Shown here piece by piece: positions 1 through 11,024 of a DNA stretch of 64,000 nt; position 1 is the stretch's first letter, and each line of letters opens with the position of its first letter. This stretch comes from an uncultured candidate division Zixibacteria bacterium (GTDB lineage Bacteria; Zixibacteria; MSB-5A5; UBA10806), in NCBI GenBank assembly GCA_963817915.1, contig CAWFQL010000017.1:128001-192000 (forward strand), in the 5' to 3' direction. Made by a program: the position numbers and the translations under genes. The notes under the pieces are model-generated. The model ran no database searches. It was not told the DNA's origin and saw nothing but the letters and a program-made list of their open reading frames with translations.

Positions 1-2
1 CA

Positions 3-1487
3 ATTTTGGTGTCAGGCCATTTAAACGATACTACAACAGTTACCGGCAAGGCCGTAGTGAACTATGTGCCGGGAAAGATTGCGACTTTGGAATTTATAGA
101 ACCTCTTACGGCTGTGACATTAGTAGCCGGTTCGGGCGAATCAGTAGTGATTAGAGTTATCGGTAAAGATGCCAATGGCAATAATGTAGCTAACGGCACT
201 CAGATAACTTTTAGAAACAATATCCAAGAGTCAACTCTCAATCCCGAATCGGCATCTACAGATTCGGGTGTCGCTACCACGACTTATCTTATAGGGTCAA
301 TGACCGGGGTCGACAATGTTGTCGGCTGGATCCTCAATCCGAATCAGCCGACAGACACGATATTTACTTTACAGCCGGTAGTTATTAATTGTATATCTTC
401 AACGGCAACTACTCTAGTTTTGAGCGCCAGCCAGCCCAATATTCAGGTGGGAGGCGCGTCATGCCAGATCATAGCCACACTTCAGGATGCTTATGGCAAT
501 CCGCTATCCGAGGGGTATGATGTCGCGTTTCAGATAGTTTCTTCACCGGGCGGCACCCCTACGCAAAAGCCATCCTTTGATACTCAGCCGGGTATTTATT
601 ATGACTCCGTTCTGACCAATATCGCCGGTCAGGCTATAGTTCAGCTTTATTCAGGAACGGCAGCGGGCGCTGTTTCGATAAGGGCCTGCACAGTCCCGGA
701 TTCCACTGATACGCTTCCGCTTTTTGCCTGCGATCAGAAATCACTTGTGACAATATCTTCAGGTCCTCCGGCTCACGTGAGCATTTCATTTACATATTCC
801 GGTCAGGCAACCAATCAGAATACACCTGAACGATTCACTCAGTCCGCGGCAATCGTATGGGATCAATATACAAATCCAGTCGAATATGGTACGGCGGTGT
901 ATTTCAGCCTTATCCCTGCTACAACAGGCGAAATTGAAGGAAATTCATTCACCGGCGGTCCAAGGCCTTATCACCCTGATTCGGTGAATGGCGTCGCGTA
1001 CACCAGAATAATTTACGGATGTTTCTCGACATTTGATACGGTTAGAGTCGTCGCGTCATCGGCCGGCGAGTTTGGACCAGTGGTAGATACCTCAGAGGCG
1101 TTGTCACTGCCCATATTCGATGGAACGATTACTCTCATAGCAAATCCTGGAAATTTATGGACTGACAATTCCAACTGCACCGGCCCAGGTTCGAGAGATA
1201 CTTCGAATATTACGGCCTATCTTATCGATGGAGGCGGATGTCCAATCAAAAATGGCATTATAAGTTTCTCCGCTATAGGTGCAGGGGCAATAATTGGCCA
1301 AAGTATCGACACCACGGATGTTCAGGGAAGAGCATTTACGTCATTTATGGTTAGAGGATGTGAAATTCAACAACAGCAGGACGGGACGTGTAGGATAACT
1401 ACAACCGTGAAGGCAACTCTTTTGCAGGATAACGAGGTCGTTGGCACAATCGACATTGTTTGTTCGCGAGACTGCGCAACTCAATAG
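3..1487 (+). CDS. Ig-like (invasin/intimin Big_1-type) repeat surface protein, 5'-truncated by the window edge
   Basis: Frame is open from the window start. Repeated Big_1-like motifs (GKDANGNNVANGTQITF, ATLQDAYGNP, TDVQGRA); Thr/Ser/Gly-rich beta-strand composition with several Cys. Confidence 0.7.
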   Translation: MLVSGHLNDTTTVTGKAVVNYVPGKIATLEFIEPLTAVTLVAGSGESVVIRVIGKDANGNNVANGTQITFRNNIQESTLNPESASTDSGVATTTYLIGSMTGVDNVVGWILNPNQPTDTIFTLQPVVINCISSTATTLVLSASQPNIQVGGASCQIIATLQDAYGNPLSEGYDVAFQIVSSPGGTPTQKPSFDTQPGIYYDSVLTNIAGQAIVQLYSGTAAGAVSIRACTVPDSTDTLPLFACDQKSLVTISSGPPAHVSISFTYSGQATNQNTPERFTQSAAIVWDQYTNPVEYGTAVYFSLIPATTGEIEGNSFTGGPRPYHPDSVNGVAYTRIIYGCFSTFDTVRVVASSAGEFGPVVDTSEALSLPIFDGTITLIANPGNLWTDNSNCTGPGSRDTSNITAYLIDGGGCPIKNGIISFSAIGAGAIIGQSIDTTDVQGRAFTSFMVRGCEIQQQQDGTCRITTTVKATLLQDNEVVGTIDIVCSRDCATQ

Positions 1488-1499
1488 GGATATAGAAGT

Positions 1500-3203
1500 A
1501 TGAAATTGTTGGGAGAAGTACTCCTAAAAGAAAAACTCATTACTGAAGATAAGCTTCAGATTGGACTGAAGGCTCAAAAGGCAAATGGCAAGCGGCTGGG
1601 CGAAGTTCTACTGGTCGAGGGCCTGATTACCGACGAGAAGCTGGCGCACGGCTTGGCGGTTCAGCTTGGTATTCCCCTGGTATCCGCTGAAGATCTAATA
1701 AAGATCGATAAAGAAATCATGGAGCTTGTTCCTGAATTTTTTGCCAGAGAATATCATTGCCTGGCCTTTGGGAGAGATGATGATAGCCTTAAAGTAGTTA
1801 TGGTGGATCCGGAGGATATCGTAGTAATCGATAATCTTCAAAAGATCACTGCAAGGCATATTATTGTCCATATTGCGTCCCAATCGACAATCGACGAAGC
1901 TATTGAAAGACATTACAAAGAACTCAGGACTACGGGCGAAGTATCTGAAGCCCTTTCGGGCATGGATTTCATTGTCTCTGCCGATGGCCGCGAGCTTGAT
2001 GATATCGATGTGAATCAGCTAAAGCGAGAACTCGACGAAGCCCCGATTGTCAAATTGGTGAATTTGATTATATCCGAGGCCATCAAGAGCCGCGCGACAG
2101 ATATTCACATTGAGCCGCTTTTCGACGCCTTATTGGTTCGTTATAGAATTGATGGGGCGTTGCAGGAGATGATGACCGCGCCGATCAAGTCGGCCGTGGC
2201 GATAATCTCCCGTTTGAAAATCATGGCCAATCTCAATATCGCCGAACGTCGCCTTCCTCAGGACGGGCGAATTTCGATTAAATCGCCCGATAGGGAAGTC
2301 GATGTTCGTGTATCGGTACTTCCAACAGTCCGCGGTGAAAAAGTGGTGCTCAGGCTTTTGGATAAAAAAGGGTTTGAGTACACGCTGGCCAATCTTGGAT
2401 TTGAAAACGAAATGCTTCAGATTTTTCGCAAATGGATATACAAACCATACGGGATGATTATCGTATCAGGTCCTACTGGAAGCGGAAAATCAACAACATT
2501 GCATGCGGCTTTGAAATCGGTTCAAAATGAAGAGGACAATATCGTGACCGTAGAAGACCCGGTGGAATATCAAATCGATAAAATCAACCAGGTCGCAACC
2601 AATGATTCAATTGGACTGACATTCGAATCTACACTAAGGCATATTTTAAGACAGGATCCTGATAAGGTTCTAATCGGCGAAATCAGAGATAAGGAAACAG
2701 CCGATATTGCTGTCAAGTTCGCTCTAACAGGCCACTTGGTATTCACCACACTTCACGCTAATGATGCGCCGTCGACCATTACGAGGCTTCTCGATATCGG
2801 ATTGCCGCGCTATTTGGTGGGTTCCGTGACGAATCTTGTTATGGCACAGCGGCTGGTCAGGACTATTTGTTCCGGCTGTAAGCAGGAATATATACCGAGT
2901 CCGGAAGAACTTTTGTCATTAAAGATGGATCCGGACAAGCATAAAGGCGCCGTATTCTACAAGGGCAAGGGTTGCGTCCGTTGCAGAAGCACAGGATATT
3001 TTGGTAGAACCGCACTCTTCGAGCTTATGGAAATGAAGCTGCCGATTAGAAAAGTGATTTTCGAAGACAAAAATGCTGACGAATTGAGAATGGAAGCGCT
3101 CAAAGGTGGCATGGTCAGCCTTAGAGATGCCGGCATACGGAAAATGCTGGCCGGCACTGTGTCTTCGGAAGAAATATTGAAAAAGACAATTGACGAGGAT
3201 TAA
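1500..3203 (+). CDS. GspE/PilB-family secretion/pilus assembly ATPase with N-terminal MshEN-like repeats
   Basis: Walker A GPTGSGKST, LRQDPD..IGEIRD, TGHLVFTTLHAND, CxxC...CxxC zinc motif, N-terminal RLGEVLLVEGLI. Confidence 0.93.
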   Translation: MKLLGEVLLKEKLITEDKLQIGLKAQKANGKRLGEVLLVEGLITDEKLAHGLAVQLGIPLVSAEDLIKIDKEIMELVPEFFAREYHCLAFGRDDDSLKVVMVDPEDIVVIDNLQKITARHIIVHIASQSTIDEAIERHYKELRTTGEVSEALSGMDFIVSADGRELDDIDVNQLKRELDEAPIVKLVNLIISEAIKSRATDIHIEPLFDALLVRYRIDGALQEMMTAPIKSAVAIISRLKIMANLNIAERRLPQDGRISIKSPDREVDVRVSVLPTVRGEKVVLRLLDKKGFEYTLANLGFENEMLQIFRKWIYKPYGMIIVSGPTGSGKSTTLHAALKSVQNEEDNIVTVEDPVEYQIDKINQVATNDSIGLTFESTLRHILRQDPDKVLIGEIRDKETADIAVKFALTGHLVFTTLHANDAPSTITRLLDIGLPRYLVGSVTNLVMAQRLVRTICSGCKQEYIPSPEELLSLKMDPDKHKGAVFYKGKGCVRCRSTGYFGRTALFELMEMKLPIRKVIFEDKNADELRMEALKGGMVSLRDAGIRKMLAGTVSSEEILKKTIDED

Positions 3204-3279
3204 AAGGATTTTTTGTTGTGCTGAATATGTTGGTTTGTTTTGGTACCAAGATAGGCAGGATTGACCAGAAAGGATTAAA

Positions 3280-4536
3280 ATGCCAACTTTTGCCTATGTA
3301 GTCAAAGATAATAAAGGCAATAAGCACGAGGGCACGATCTCCGCTGATTCCCTCGATGCCGCGTTGAATAAATTAAGAGATTCCGGTCAGACTGTTATCT
3401 CAGTTGTTGATTCAAAACAATCAGGCGGAGCGAAACGAAAGAGCCTGATTGACGAGATAGCGTTATTTGTATATAAGATCAAGACGAAAGTGCCATTGAA
3501 TGCGCTGGTCTTTTTCACGCGCCAGCTAGCCACAATGTTTTCCGCCGGTCTTACTATCGAAAAAGCTCTTAATAACCTGATCTATGAAGAATCAAATAAG
3601 AAATTCAAGAAGGTAATTGCTCAGCTGCTGAATGACGTCAAGAAAGGGTTCTCCCTTTCCGACGCTATGGAAAAGCACCCCGGCGTATTTTCGCCATTGT
3701 ATATCGCGTTGGTACGATCTGGGGAAATTTCCGGATCGCTGCATGCGGTGCTTGATGAGCTTTCCGATTATCTGGAATTTATTCAGGACACTCGACGAAA
3801 GATATTTTCCGCGATGTCATACCCTGCCTTTGTAGTGGTCGTTTTGACGGTGCTGACAATCATCTTGATCGTATTTGTAGTTCCGATGTTCGAAAATGTC
3901 TATTCAAGATTCAACGCCAAGCTGCCGGTGCCGACGCAAATGCTTATTCATGTTTCAAAGATAATAAGCGCTAATTTCTTCTATTCGCTTATAGGGGCGA
4001 TTTTCCTTGGAATGGGATTCATTGTCGTAAGTCTTACTGATACGGGCAGGAGGATAATCGATAGAGTTAAGCTTCATATCCCGATCATCAATAATGTCAT
4101 CGTAAATTCAATGATGAGTAAATTCTGCCGCACGTTCGGTATGTTGCTTGGAGCCGGTGTTCCCGTGGTCGATGCCATGAATCTTGTTTATCGAGTTATG
4201 GATAATGTCCATTACAAAGCGGCTATCAGGCAAGCGACCAACCTGATAAGAGATGGATTTTCTATCGCGGCCTCATTGAAGAAAACAGGGATATTTCCCA
4301 ATACGCTCCTTTCTCTCGCCTCTACCGGCGAAGAAACCGGAGATATGGATAAGATGCTGGCAAAAGCTGCCGGTTTTTACGATAAACAGCTTGAAGCCGT
4401 TATTATGAGGCTGACCTCCCTTATCGAGCCGATGCTGATCGTTTTGATCGCCCTGGTTATCGGCACCATAGTGATTATCATTTATCTGCCGGTTTTCTAT
4501 CTCGGATTTGCGTTCCGAAAAGGTATAAGCCAGTAG
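3280..4536 (+). CDS. GspF/PilC-family inner membrane platform protein
   Basis: FTRQLATMFSAG, GEISGSL, LPVPTQ, GEETGDM and LIEP motifs; three TM segments. Confidence 0.93.
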   Translation: MPTFAYVVKDNKGNKHEGTISADSLDAALNKLRDSGQTVISVVDSKQSGGAKRKSLIDEIALFVYKIKTKVPLNALVFFTRQLATMFSAGLTIEKALNNLIYEESNKKFKKVIAQLLNDVKKGFSLSDAMEKHPGVFSPLYIALVRSGEISGSLHAVLDELSDYLEFIQDTRRKIFSAMSYPAFVVVVLTVLTIILIVFVVPMFENVYSRFNAKLPVPTQMLIHVSKIISANFFYSLIGAIFLGMGFIVVSLTDTGRRIIDRVKLHIPIINNVIVNSMMSKFCRTFGMLLGAGVPVVDAMNLVYRVMDNVHYKAAIRQATNLIRDGFSIAASLKKTGIFPNTLLSLASTGEETGDMDKMLAKAAGFYDKQLEAVIMRLTSLIEPMLIVLIALVIGTIVIIIYLPVFYLGFAFRKGISQ

Positions 4537-4544
4537 GCAAAAGC

Positions 4545-4583
4545 AAAAAAAGCCGCCCTTTTCGCATAAAGGGCGGCTTTTTT
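4545..4583. terminator. Intrinsic (probably bidirectional) terminator
   Basis: AAAAAAAGCCGCCCTTT-tcgcat-AAAGGGCGGCTTTTTT perfect stem with A and T tracts, just after the gspF stop. Confidence 0.9.
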
Positions 4584-4776
4584 ATTCCCCGAATCTCGCT
4601 TATTGTTGATATAATTTCTATATAAATCGACTAATTCATTTTATATTGGGATTCGGTTGAATGTGGAAGGCGCAGGCTGAAGGGCGGCTTAAGGATGATT
4701 TTCGAAAAATTCACTATTTTTGAAGTATGTTAATGACCCTGGGTCTATTTTGATATTATAATACGTATAATTTGAT

Positions 4777-7700
4777 ATGAAGAAGCTCCTAAAAATACCG
4801 ATTTATATCGCGATAGTTTTTACCGTAATAATTCTTGCGATTGTCTACTTATATAGTTTTACCACTCTACCGGAAAACGAATTAAATAACTGGCTTGTTT
4901 TATTCGCACCAAAGAAGCTAGGCCTCGAAATAAAATTCGATAAGATTAATCGGGACTTTTGGAATCACATCGTGATCGATGGCCTGGAAATCTCCCGAAG
5001 CGATGACGATCAGGCGCGGTTGGCTTATATTTCCCATCTCGAGGTAAAGTACAAAATTAGCGATATTATTAAGGGAAAGTATATCATTAGTTCATTCAGG
5101 ATTGATTCATTGCAGGCTTGGATTCCCAAATCAGGAACCATAGGTAATCAATCCGGCACATCGCAATCGTCGCAGCCATTCAATTCCTCCATAACGGTCG
5201 ATACGGTAAGCGTGAATCTGGCCCAAATTACGCTTCCCAATAGCGAGACAATTTCAATGGATACTCTCTATTCCAAATTGGTAGTAGATAAAGGGAAATT
5301 TGATATTTCCATAGATCGGTTCAGGGCCGATTGGCCTGAAAGGAATTTTGGAATAGATAGTCTGCATGGTAGAATTGTCTCAAATGATAACGGTTTTAAT
5401 ATCGTGGCAATGAAGGTAATCACAAAAAGGTCCGACTTAACTCTATCGGGGCAGGTCGGAAAATCCATTACAAGCGGCTGGAAGCTTGACTATATTTTCT
5501 CTCCAATCGATTTAAAGGATATTGAATCCTTGACCAAAGTGAAGATTAACGGCGTGCTGGAATCGAATGGTACCATTAGCGGGTCTATAAAAGATTTTGG
5601 CGGGAAAACTGTTGTCAATGGCATCTTTATGGCAAAACCGTTTGACGAGGTTTATATAAATTATCATTTTGCCAATGGTATCCTGGGTTTTGATAAAATT
5701 GATGGCGATGTGTTTCACTCTCGTTTTAATGGCGCGGGGCAGATTGATTTTACTCGGAAACCGGAGCATTATAGCTACAACGGAAGTATCAATCATCTCG
5801 ATTTGCGAGGGATAGGTCCGGCATTGAAAACCGATTTTACCGGCAATGTGCGGATGGAAGGCCAGGGTTTCACCGAGGACAAATTTCATATGGCTATCGA
5901 CGCTCAGCTTCAAGCTGTAAAAATCGACAGTTTTTATTTTGATGAAGTTGCTGGCTCGGTTGATTTCAATCTCAAAAATATTGAATTTCTTCCAGGTTTT
6001 TCCGCCAGATACAAAAACACATATATAAACGCGACGGGCAATCTCGAATATCAGGGCAATCTCGATATCGCGGGTGAAGTCGTATTCAAAGATCTCAGGG
6101 ATTTTACCGGACAGACATTTATTCAAATATTGGGTGGTAAAGGGAAGGCGACGGTGCACGCGACCGGCCCGACGATAGATTTTAACGCAGACGCCAGTTT
6201 TAACTCGGATTCATGCTGGACTTACGGACTCATACCAGGATTTGTTCACATTGACGCCAATCTGAAATCATTTATCAGCCATAAAGTAGGCGTGGTCAAA
6301 GGTTATTGGAAAGGGGGAACGCTCTATTCGGTTCCTTCGGATACAGGTTATTTCAAGGCAGGTGTTTCAGGAGAGCGGGCGTTTCTCGATACAGTGTATA
6401 TCGCCAATAGCTATAGTAATCTCAGATTAAATGGCGGGTTTAACGGTACGATTGTGCCCCCGACTTTTGTTGTTGATACGCTGTTTGGTGAAATTCACGG
6501 CAATCATTTCTTCTCACGATCCCCCATCGAATTTTCATTATTCCCGAAAGAAACGGAATTTGATCAATTTAAGTTGGGCTATGAGACAGGCACGATCAGT
6601 ATCAGCGGGACTGTTACCAACGATTTGGATCTGGGTCTTGATATCCAGGCAACCGGATTTCAGATTCAGCCAATTATAAAACAAATATACAAAGACAAGG
6701 CGATTAGTGGAATTTGGTCAGGTACAGCGCTATTGAGAGGAAATTTCGATAAGCCAATTATGGATTTTGATTTGAGAATCGATAGCCTGACAATCGGGCA
6801 GACTAATATGGGCAATTTAATTGTTCGTTCAATATATGAGGACGGATATCTGTATTCTGATTCATCTTATATGTATTCGCCATCTGATTCATTTTATTTT
6901 TATGGGAAATTTCCAATTGATCTGTCATTTGCCGAATCGGCAAATCGATTCCCCGAAAACCCGATTGATTTCAATTTTTCCGCGTCGGGGAAAAGACTTA
7001 CTCTCGCTGAGATTTTTATTCCGGATGTTCAGCGTTTCGACGCCGATTTCAATGTTAAAATTAATTATGGCGGGACTTATGCAAATCCTAAGATTTCCGG
7101 GGCGGGCCAGATTTCTAATGGTCAGCTAACGGTGGTTGAGCTCCAAAATTTAATAACCGGTATTCGAGCCAATTTAAGAATGGAAAATGCCACCATATAT
7201 TTGGATAGCCTTGTCGCGGGATCCTCTCAGGCATCGATGGACCTGGGCGGTGCGTTAAATGAGCTGATTTCCGGACGAAGTCACGTTAGTGATAAATCTG
7301 GATTGGCGATGTCGGGCGTTATCAAACTTCTCGGACTGGGAAAGTTATCTTACGATCTGAATATCGGCGGCAGAAATTACTATTTTGTTTCCAGCCTGTT
7401 TGGTGTTAGCGGTTTTGCCGATCTTGACCTTAAGGTCAAAGGCGATATAATCCCGACAGTCAGCGGAAAAATACAATTAAGGCGGCTGGATGTTCGCGAA
7501 GAATTCGAAAAATTTACCGGCAAGGATTATAATCCGGAAATCGTGCTGGAAGACTCGACAATTTGGAACCTCAATATCGACGTCAGCTGCGTTAATAATC
7601 TTTGGATACAGAACAGTAATATAGACGCTGAATTGAAAGGGGATGTTCTGGTCGAGAGAAATCTGGGAATAATGAAAATGTTGGGCCAGTTCAATGTTAT

Positions 7701-8316
7701 CAGAGGAGCTTATACGTTGTTCGGGCAAAAATTCCAGGTCATTAGCGGGGCTCTCAATTTTCAGAATGTCGCAACCGTAAATCCCGATTTAGATTTCACT
7801 GTGACAACCAGACTCAGAAATGCCCCCGGCGCCGGGCAAGGCCCGATGTATAGCGATGTGCAGATTCATATCAGCGGCACATTAAAAGAGCCCAAGATCG
7901 ATATGGGGTCTCAATCGACACTTACAAGAGAAGATTTTTTCAAAATGCTTGTTTCTGGAAATGAGATAAGCACATTATTCCCCGGTCAGCAGCAGCAGAG
8001 CAGCTTCGCGATAAATATATTGAAAAATGTCGGATTGCTTTCGGCCTTCGTACCCAATCCGCTAACCGGCCAGGGAATTGTCGAGGAATTTTCGATTTAT
8101 CCTACCCAGGTTGGCGATCCTCAGATATCATTGGCAAAATATATTTCGAGAAGTCTCTATCTACGTTATTCCAGAACCCTTTCGCGGGAATCGGGTACGG
8201 CTATCGGCGTAGAGTACTACCTAAACAATAACTTATCATTCCAGGCAACCCAAAATTTACGTGGCACACAGGATGAAGGCATATCGTTCGATATTAATTT
8301 TAATTACGAGTATTAG
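4777..8316 (+). CDS. tamB: Translocation/assembly module TamB-like protein
   Basis: 1179 aa with an N-terminal TM anchor and an amphipathic beta-taco pattern; C-terminal DUF490-like segment (G.Y.LFGQKF....G...F.....NP.LD, SGTL.EP); next to a BamA/TamA-family gene. Confidence 0.8.
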   Translation: MKKLLKIPIYIAIVFTVIILAIVYLYSFTTLPENELNNWLVLFAPKKLGLEIKFDKINRDFWNHIVIDGLEISRSDDDQARLAYISHLEVKYKISDIIKGKYIISSFRIDSLQAWIPKSGTIGNQSGTSQSSQPFNSSITVDTVSVNLAQITLPNSETISMDTLYSKLVVDKGKFDISIDRFRADWPERNFGIDSLHGRIVSNDNGFNIVAMKVITKRSDLTLSGQVGKSITSGWKLDYIFSPIDLKDIESLTKVKINGVLESNGTISGSIKDFGGKTVVNGIFMAKPFDEVYINYHFANGILGFDKIDGDVFHSRFNGAGQIDFTRKPEHYSYNGSINHLDLRGIGPALKTDFTGNVRMEGQGFTEDKFHMAIDAQLQAVKIDSFYFDEVAGSVDFNLKNIEFLPGFSARYKNTYINATGNLEYQGNLDIAGEVVFKDLRDFTGQTFIQILGGKGKATVHATGPTIDFNADASFNSDSCWTYGLIPGFVHIDANLKSFISHKVGVVKGYWKGGTLYSVPSDTGYFKAGVSGERAFLDTVYIANSYSNLRLNGGFNGTIVPPTFVVDTLFGEIHGNHFFSRSPIEFSLFPKETEFDQFKLGYETGTISISGTVTNDLDLGLDIQATGFQIQPIIKQIYKDKAISGIWSGTALLRGNFDKPIMDFDLRIDSLTIGQTNMGNLIVRSIYEDGYLYSDSSYMYSPSDSFYFYGKFPIDLSFAESANRFPENPIDFNFSASGKRLTLAEIFIPDVQRFDADFNVKINYGGTYANPKISGAGQISNGQLTVVELQNLITGIRANLRMENATIYLDSLVAGSSQASMDLGGALNELISGRSHVSDKSGLAMSGVIKLLGLGKLSYDLNIGGRNYYFVSSLFGVSGFADLDLKVKGDIIPTVSGKIQLRRLDVREEFEKFTGKDYNPEIVLEDSTIWNLNIDVSCVNNLWIQNSNIDAELKGDVLVERNLGIMKMLGQFNVIRGAYTLFGQKFQVISGALNFQNVATVNPDLDFTVTTRLRNAPGAGQGPMYSDVQIHISGTLKEPKIDMGSQSTLTREDFFKMLVSGNEISTLFPGQQQQSSFAINILKNVGLLSAFVPNPLTGQGIVEEFSIYPTQVGDPQISLAKYISRSLYLRYSRTLSRESGTAIGVEYYLNNNLSFQATQNLRGTQDEGISFDINFNYEY

Positions 8317-10243
8317 TCTTGCACTTTCTTTAATTCTTGCTTCGCCCGTCTTGGCTCAGGTTGATACTTCCAAGCTTAAGCAGGCTGGCATCAAACGACT
8401 TGTTGTCAAAAGGATCGAAATTGAAGGCGTCCGGGCTTTTCCCGAATCACGCATCAGGAAGATTTTATTCACCAAGCCGAATCATTGGTATAATTTTCTC
8501 AAAATTCGGAGATATTCCTTATCGAACGTGATTGCCGATGTCGGAATGATACAAAAGTATTATCAGCGAAGAGGTTTTCTTTTTGTAAAGGTCGAGGCGG
8601 CGGTAACCAATTATGGAGCCGATGGTGTCATCGCGATTTACAAAGTCGACGAGGGCAAACGGACATTTTTTAACGGAATTTCGATAACCGGCGGATTTGA
8701 AACAATCAATAAAAAGCTCGATCAATTTCTCTCGCAATTTGAGCTTAACGATCCCGTCAATAACGATCTCGTTCTTGCGGGCGCATTTTCATTGCGGGAT
8801 ATCTACGCAAACTACGGGTACCCCTACACGAGAATCTTAAGCAGCTACCAATTCGATGACGACAGCACAAAGGCGAATGTCAATTACTCCGTTCAGGATT
8901 CAATATATACTGTCAATGGCAAGACTAAAATTTTCAAAAAGGGTTTTACTAAACCATATGTGGCATTCAGAGAAATCATATCTGTTCCCGGCAAAGAATA
9001 CAGCCTGGCGGATAAAACAGAATCAGAGCAGCGGCTGTATTCGACAGGGCTGTTTCGCTATGTCAGTCTCGAACGGAACGATTCTACGGCGGTCATACGC
9101 AATGATACCTGTACGGTCGGATTCAATCTGCGTATGGAAGAGCGAAAGTCGTTCTACTTTAATAGCGGTATCGGTGTCGGCCAGGAAGATAATTTCGGCA
9201 TGGTTCTGCGCGGAGCGGCTCAATGGGGAACTAGGAATATTTCCGGCACCGGCAGGAAAGTATATTTGAGCTTTAATCCTCGATTCCAAATAACAAATCC
9301 TCAGGGACCATTGAAATCTTTGAGATACTCGGATCTCAAGAAGAAATTAAGCTTTAAAGTGCTGAGGACAACATTCGAGATTGACTATGTTGAACCCTGG
9401 ACATTCAATCAAAGGTTGCCTCTCGATGTAAAATTATCATATGAGCCTTATACTTTCGATCCGATTCTCAAATATAGATATGACCGAGCTGCCGGGCAGT
9501 TGATATTTACGAAGGAATTAAATAAAACCACAATTGCACGACTGACAGCCGCACTGGATTATGTCAATTATCTTCATGTACCATCGGATCAGGAAAAAGT
9601 GTTTAGGGCCATTGGAGAAAACCAGGTGCGACGTAAATTGTCGTTCTACGGGGAACATGATACCAGGGGGAATTTTTTCGTTCCCCAGAAAGGTTCGTAT
9701 TCTTTTGTAAGCGCCGATTTCGTCGGGAGCTTCCTCGGCGGGGATTTCAGTTATTTGAAAATGCAATTTTCCACGAGCCGATATCAGTTGATAAGCGAAC
9801 AGAGCGTTTTGGCAACAAGAATCTGGCTCGGATTCCTGAGGGAAATCGGCAAAAATGGCAAATCGGCGGCGGCCGATAGATTTGTTATCGGCGGCGCGAA
9901 TACCATTAGAGGTTATCCCGAGAACGGTCTCGGCCCCGTATTTACAGAGGCGGATAGCGCCGCGACCGGAAAGCCCAAAGGAGGCCGCTACCTGATGATA
10001 GGGAATATCGAATTGCGCCGGCCTTTATTTTGGGTTTTTGGTGGATCGCTATTTCTCGATGCCGGCAATACCTATTATCATTTTAAGGAAATCTCTGCTA
10101 TCTCGATCGCATTTACAACAGGGGCTGGTATTCAGATTTTTACACCCATAGGCCCGGTTCGATTCGATTATGGCGTAAAATTGAAGAAAAAGTTTGACCT
10201 TGGCAACGGCAATTACCATCTTTCATTACTGTATGCGTTCTAA
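8273..10243 (+). CDS. BamA/TamA (Omp85) family outer membrane protein
   Basis: Signal peptide, POTRA-like repeats, IRGY motif, TPIGPVRFDYG and C-terminal aromatic residue (YAF). The start could also be the GTG at 8261. Confidence 0.88.
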   Translation: MKAYRSILILITSISLALSLILASPVLAQVDTSKLKQAGIKRLVVKRIEIEGVRAFPESRIRKILFTKPNHWYNFLKIRRYSLSNVIADVGMIQKYYQRRGFLFVKVEAAVTNYGADGVIAIYKVDEGKRTFFNGISITGGFETINKKLDQFLSQFELNDPVNNDLVLAGAFSLRDIYANYGYPYTRILSSYQFDDDSTKANVNYSVQDSIYTVNGKTKIFKKGFTKPYVAFREIISVPGKEYSLADKTESEQRLYSTGLFRYVSLERNDSTAVIRNDTCTVGFNLRMEERKSFYFNSGIGVGQEDNFGMVLRGAAQWGTRNISGTGRKVYLSFNPRFQITNPQGPLKSLRYSDLKKKLSFKVLRTTFEIDYVEPWTFNQRLPLDVKLSYEPYTFDPILKYRYDRAAGQLIFTKELNKTTIARLTAALDYVNYLHVPSDQEKVFRAIGENQVRRKLSFYGEHDTRGNFFVPQKGSYSFVSADFVGSFLGGDFSYLKMQFSTSRYQLISEQSVLATRIWLGFLREIGKNGKSAAADRFVIGGANTIRGYPENGLGPVFTEADSAATGKPKGGRYLMIGNIELRRPLFWVFGGSLFLDAGNTYYHFKEISAISIAFTTGAGIQIFTPIGPVRFDYGVKLKKKFDLGNGNYHLSLLYAF

Positions 10244-10973
10244 GAAACCGACAATTGGCATTACTATCTCAGGCGCCAATGCGTCCGATAAATACCGCTG
10301 GCCGGCCAAAAAGGAATTTGATTTTCTTAAGCGGGAATACTATCAGGCGATTATTAAGTCGGGCGGTCTGCCGATATTGCTGCCCAATGCTGAAAATAGG
10401 GATATTATAAAATCGTATTTGGAATCGATTGATGGTTTGCTTCTTACAGGCGGCGGTGACCTTCATCCTCGATATTTCGGCCAAAAGGCGCATGAAAAAC
10501 TTTCGCGGACATATAAGGCGCGCGATTATTTTGAAATGGCCATAGCCGAATTAGCGTTGAAAATGGGAATGCCGATCATGGCTATATGCCGCGGGCATCA
10601 GGTACTCAATGTAGTTTTGGGCGGCACTCTTTATCAGGATTTGTCCTGTATTCCCCATAAGACTCTGGCTCACGCCGATCCTGATCAGACTGCCAGGAAT
10701 TTCCATTCGGTGAAAATTGTCAAAGGCTCGAATCTTCATAAAATTATTGGGTCATTATCGATACAGGTCAATTCCAGCCATCATCAGGTGATAGATCGCC
10801 TTGGAAGAGGACTAATAGCCTCGGCATTTGCGCCAGATGGCCTTATAGAGGCGATAGAGCTTCCGGGCGCCGAATTTGTGTTGAGTCTGCAGTGGCATCC
10901 TGAGGGGATTTTTAATCGCGCTCATAGCAAGAGGCTATTTCGGGCATTTGTAAATAAGTCTCGCGAAAAATAA
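10233..10973 (+). CDS. Peptidase C26 / gamma-glutamyl-gamma-aminobutyrate hydrolase family (class I glutamine amidotransferase-like)
   Basis: GLLLTGGGD, AICRGHQ, VNSSHHQ, QWHPE. Confidence 0.9.
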   Translation: MRSKKPTIGITISGANASDKYRWPAKKEFDFLKREYYQAIIKSGGLPILLPNAENRDIIKSYLESIDGLLLTGGGDLHPRYFGQKAHEKLSRTYKARDYFEMAIAELALKMGMPIMAICRGHQVLNVVLGGTLYQDLSCIPHKTLAHADPDQTARNFHSVKIVKGSNLHKIIGSLSIQVNSSHHQVIDRLGRGLIASAFAPDGLIEAIELPGAEFVLSLQWHPEGIFNRAHSKRLFRAFVNKSREK

Positions 10974-11024
10974 CAATGGCAAATTCCCAATTTTCATAAA
11001 GAAATATACTTTAGCCTCCATAAA

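Noticed and set aside
5512..6159. 215 aa antisense ORF inside tamB, and the many other 60-180 aa shadow ORFs
   Set aside because: They lie wholly within well-supported genes and have no motifs or RBS.
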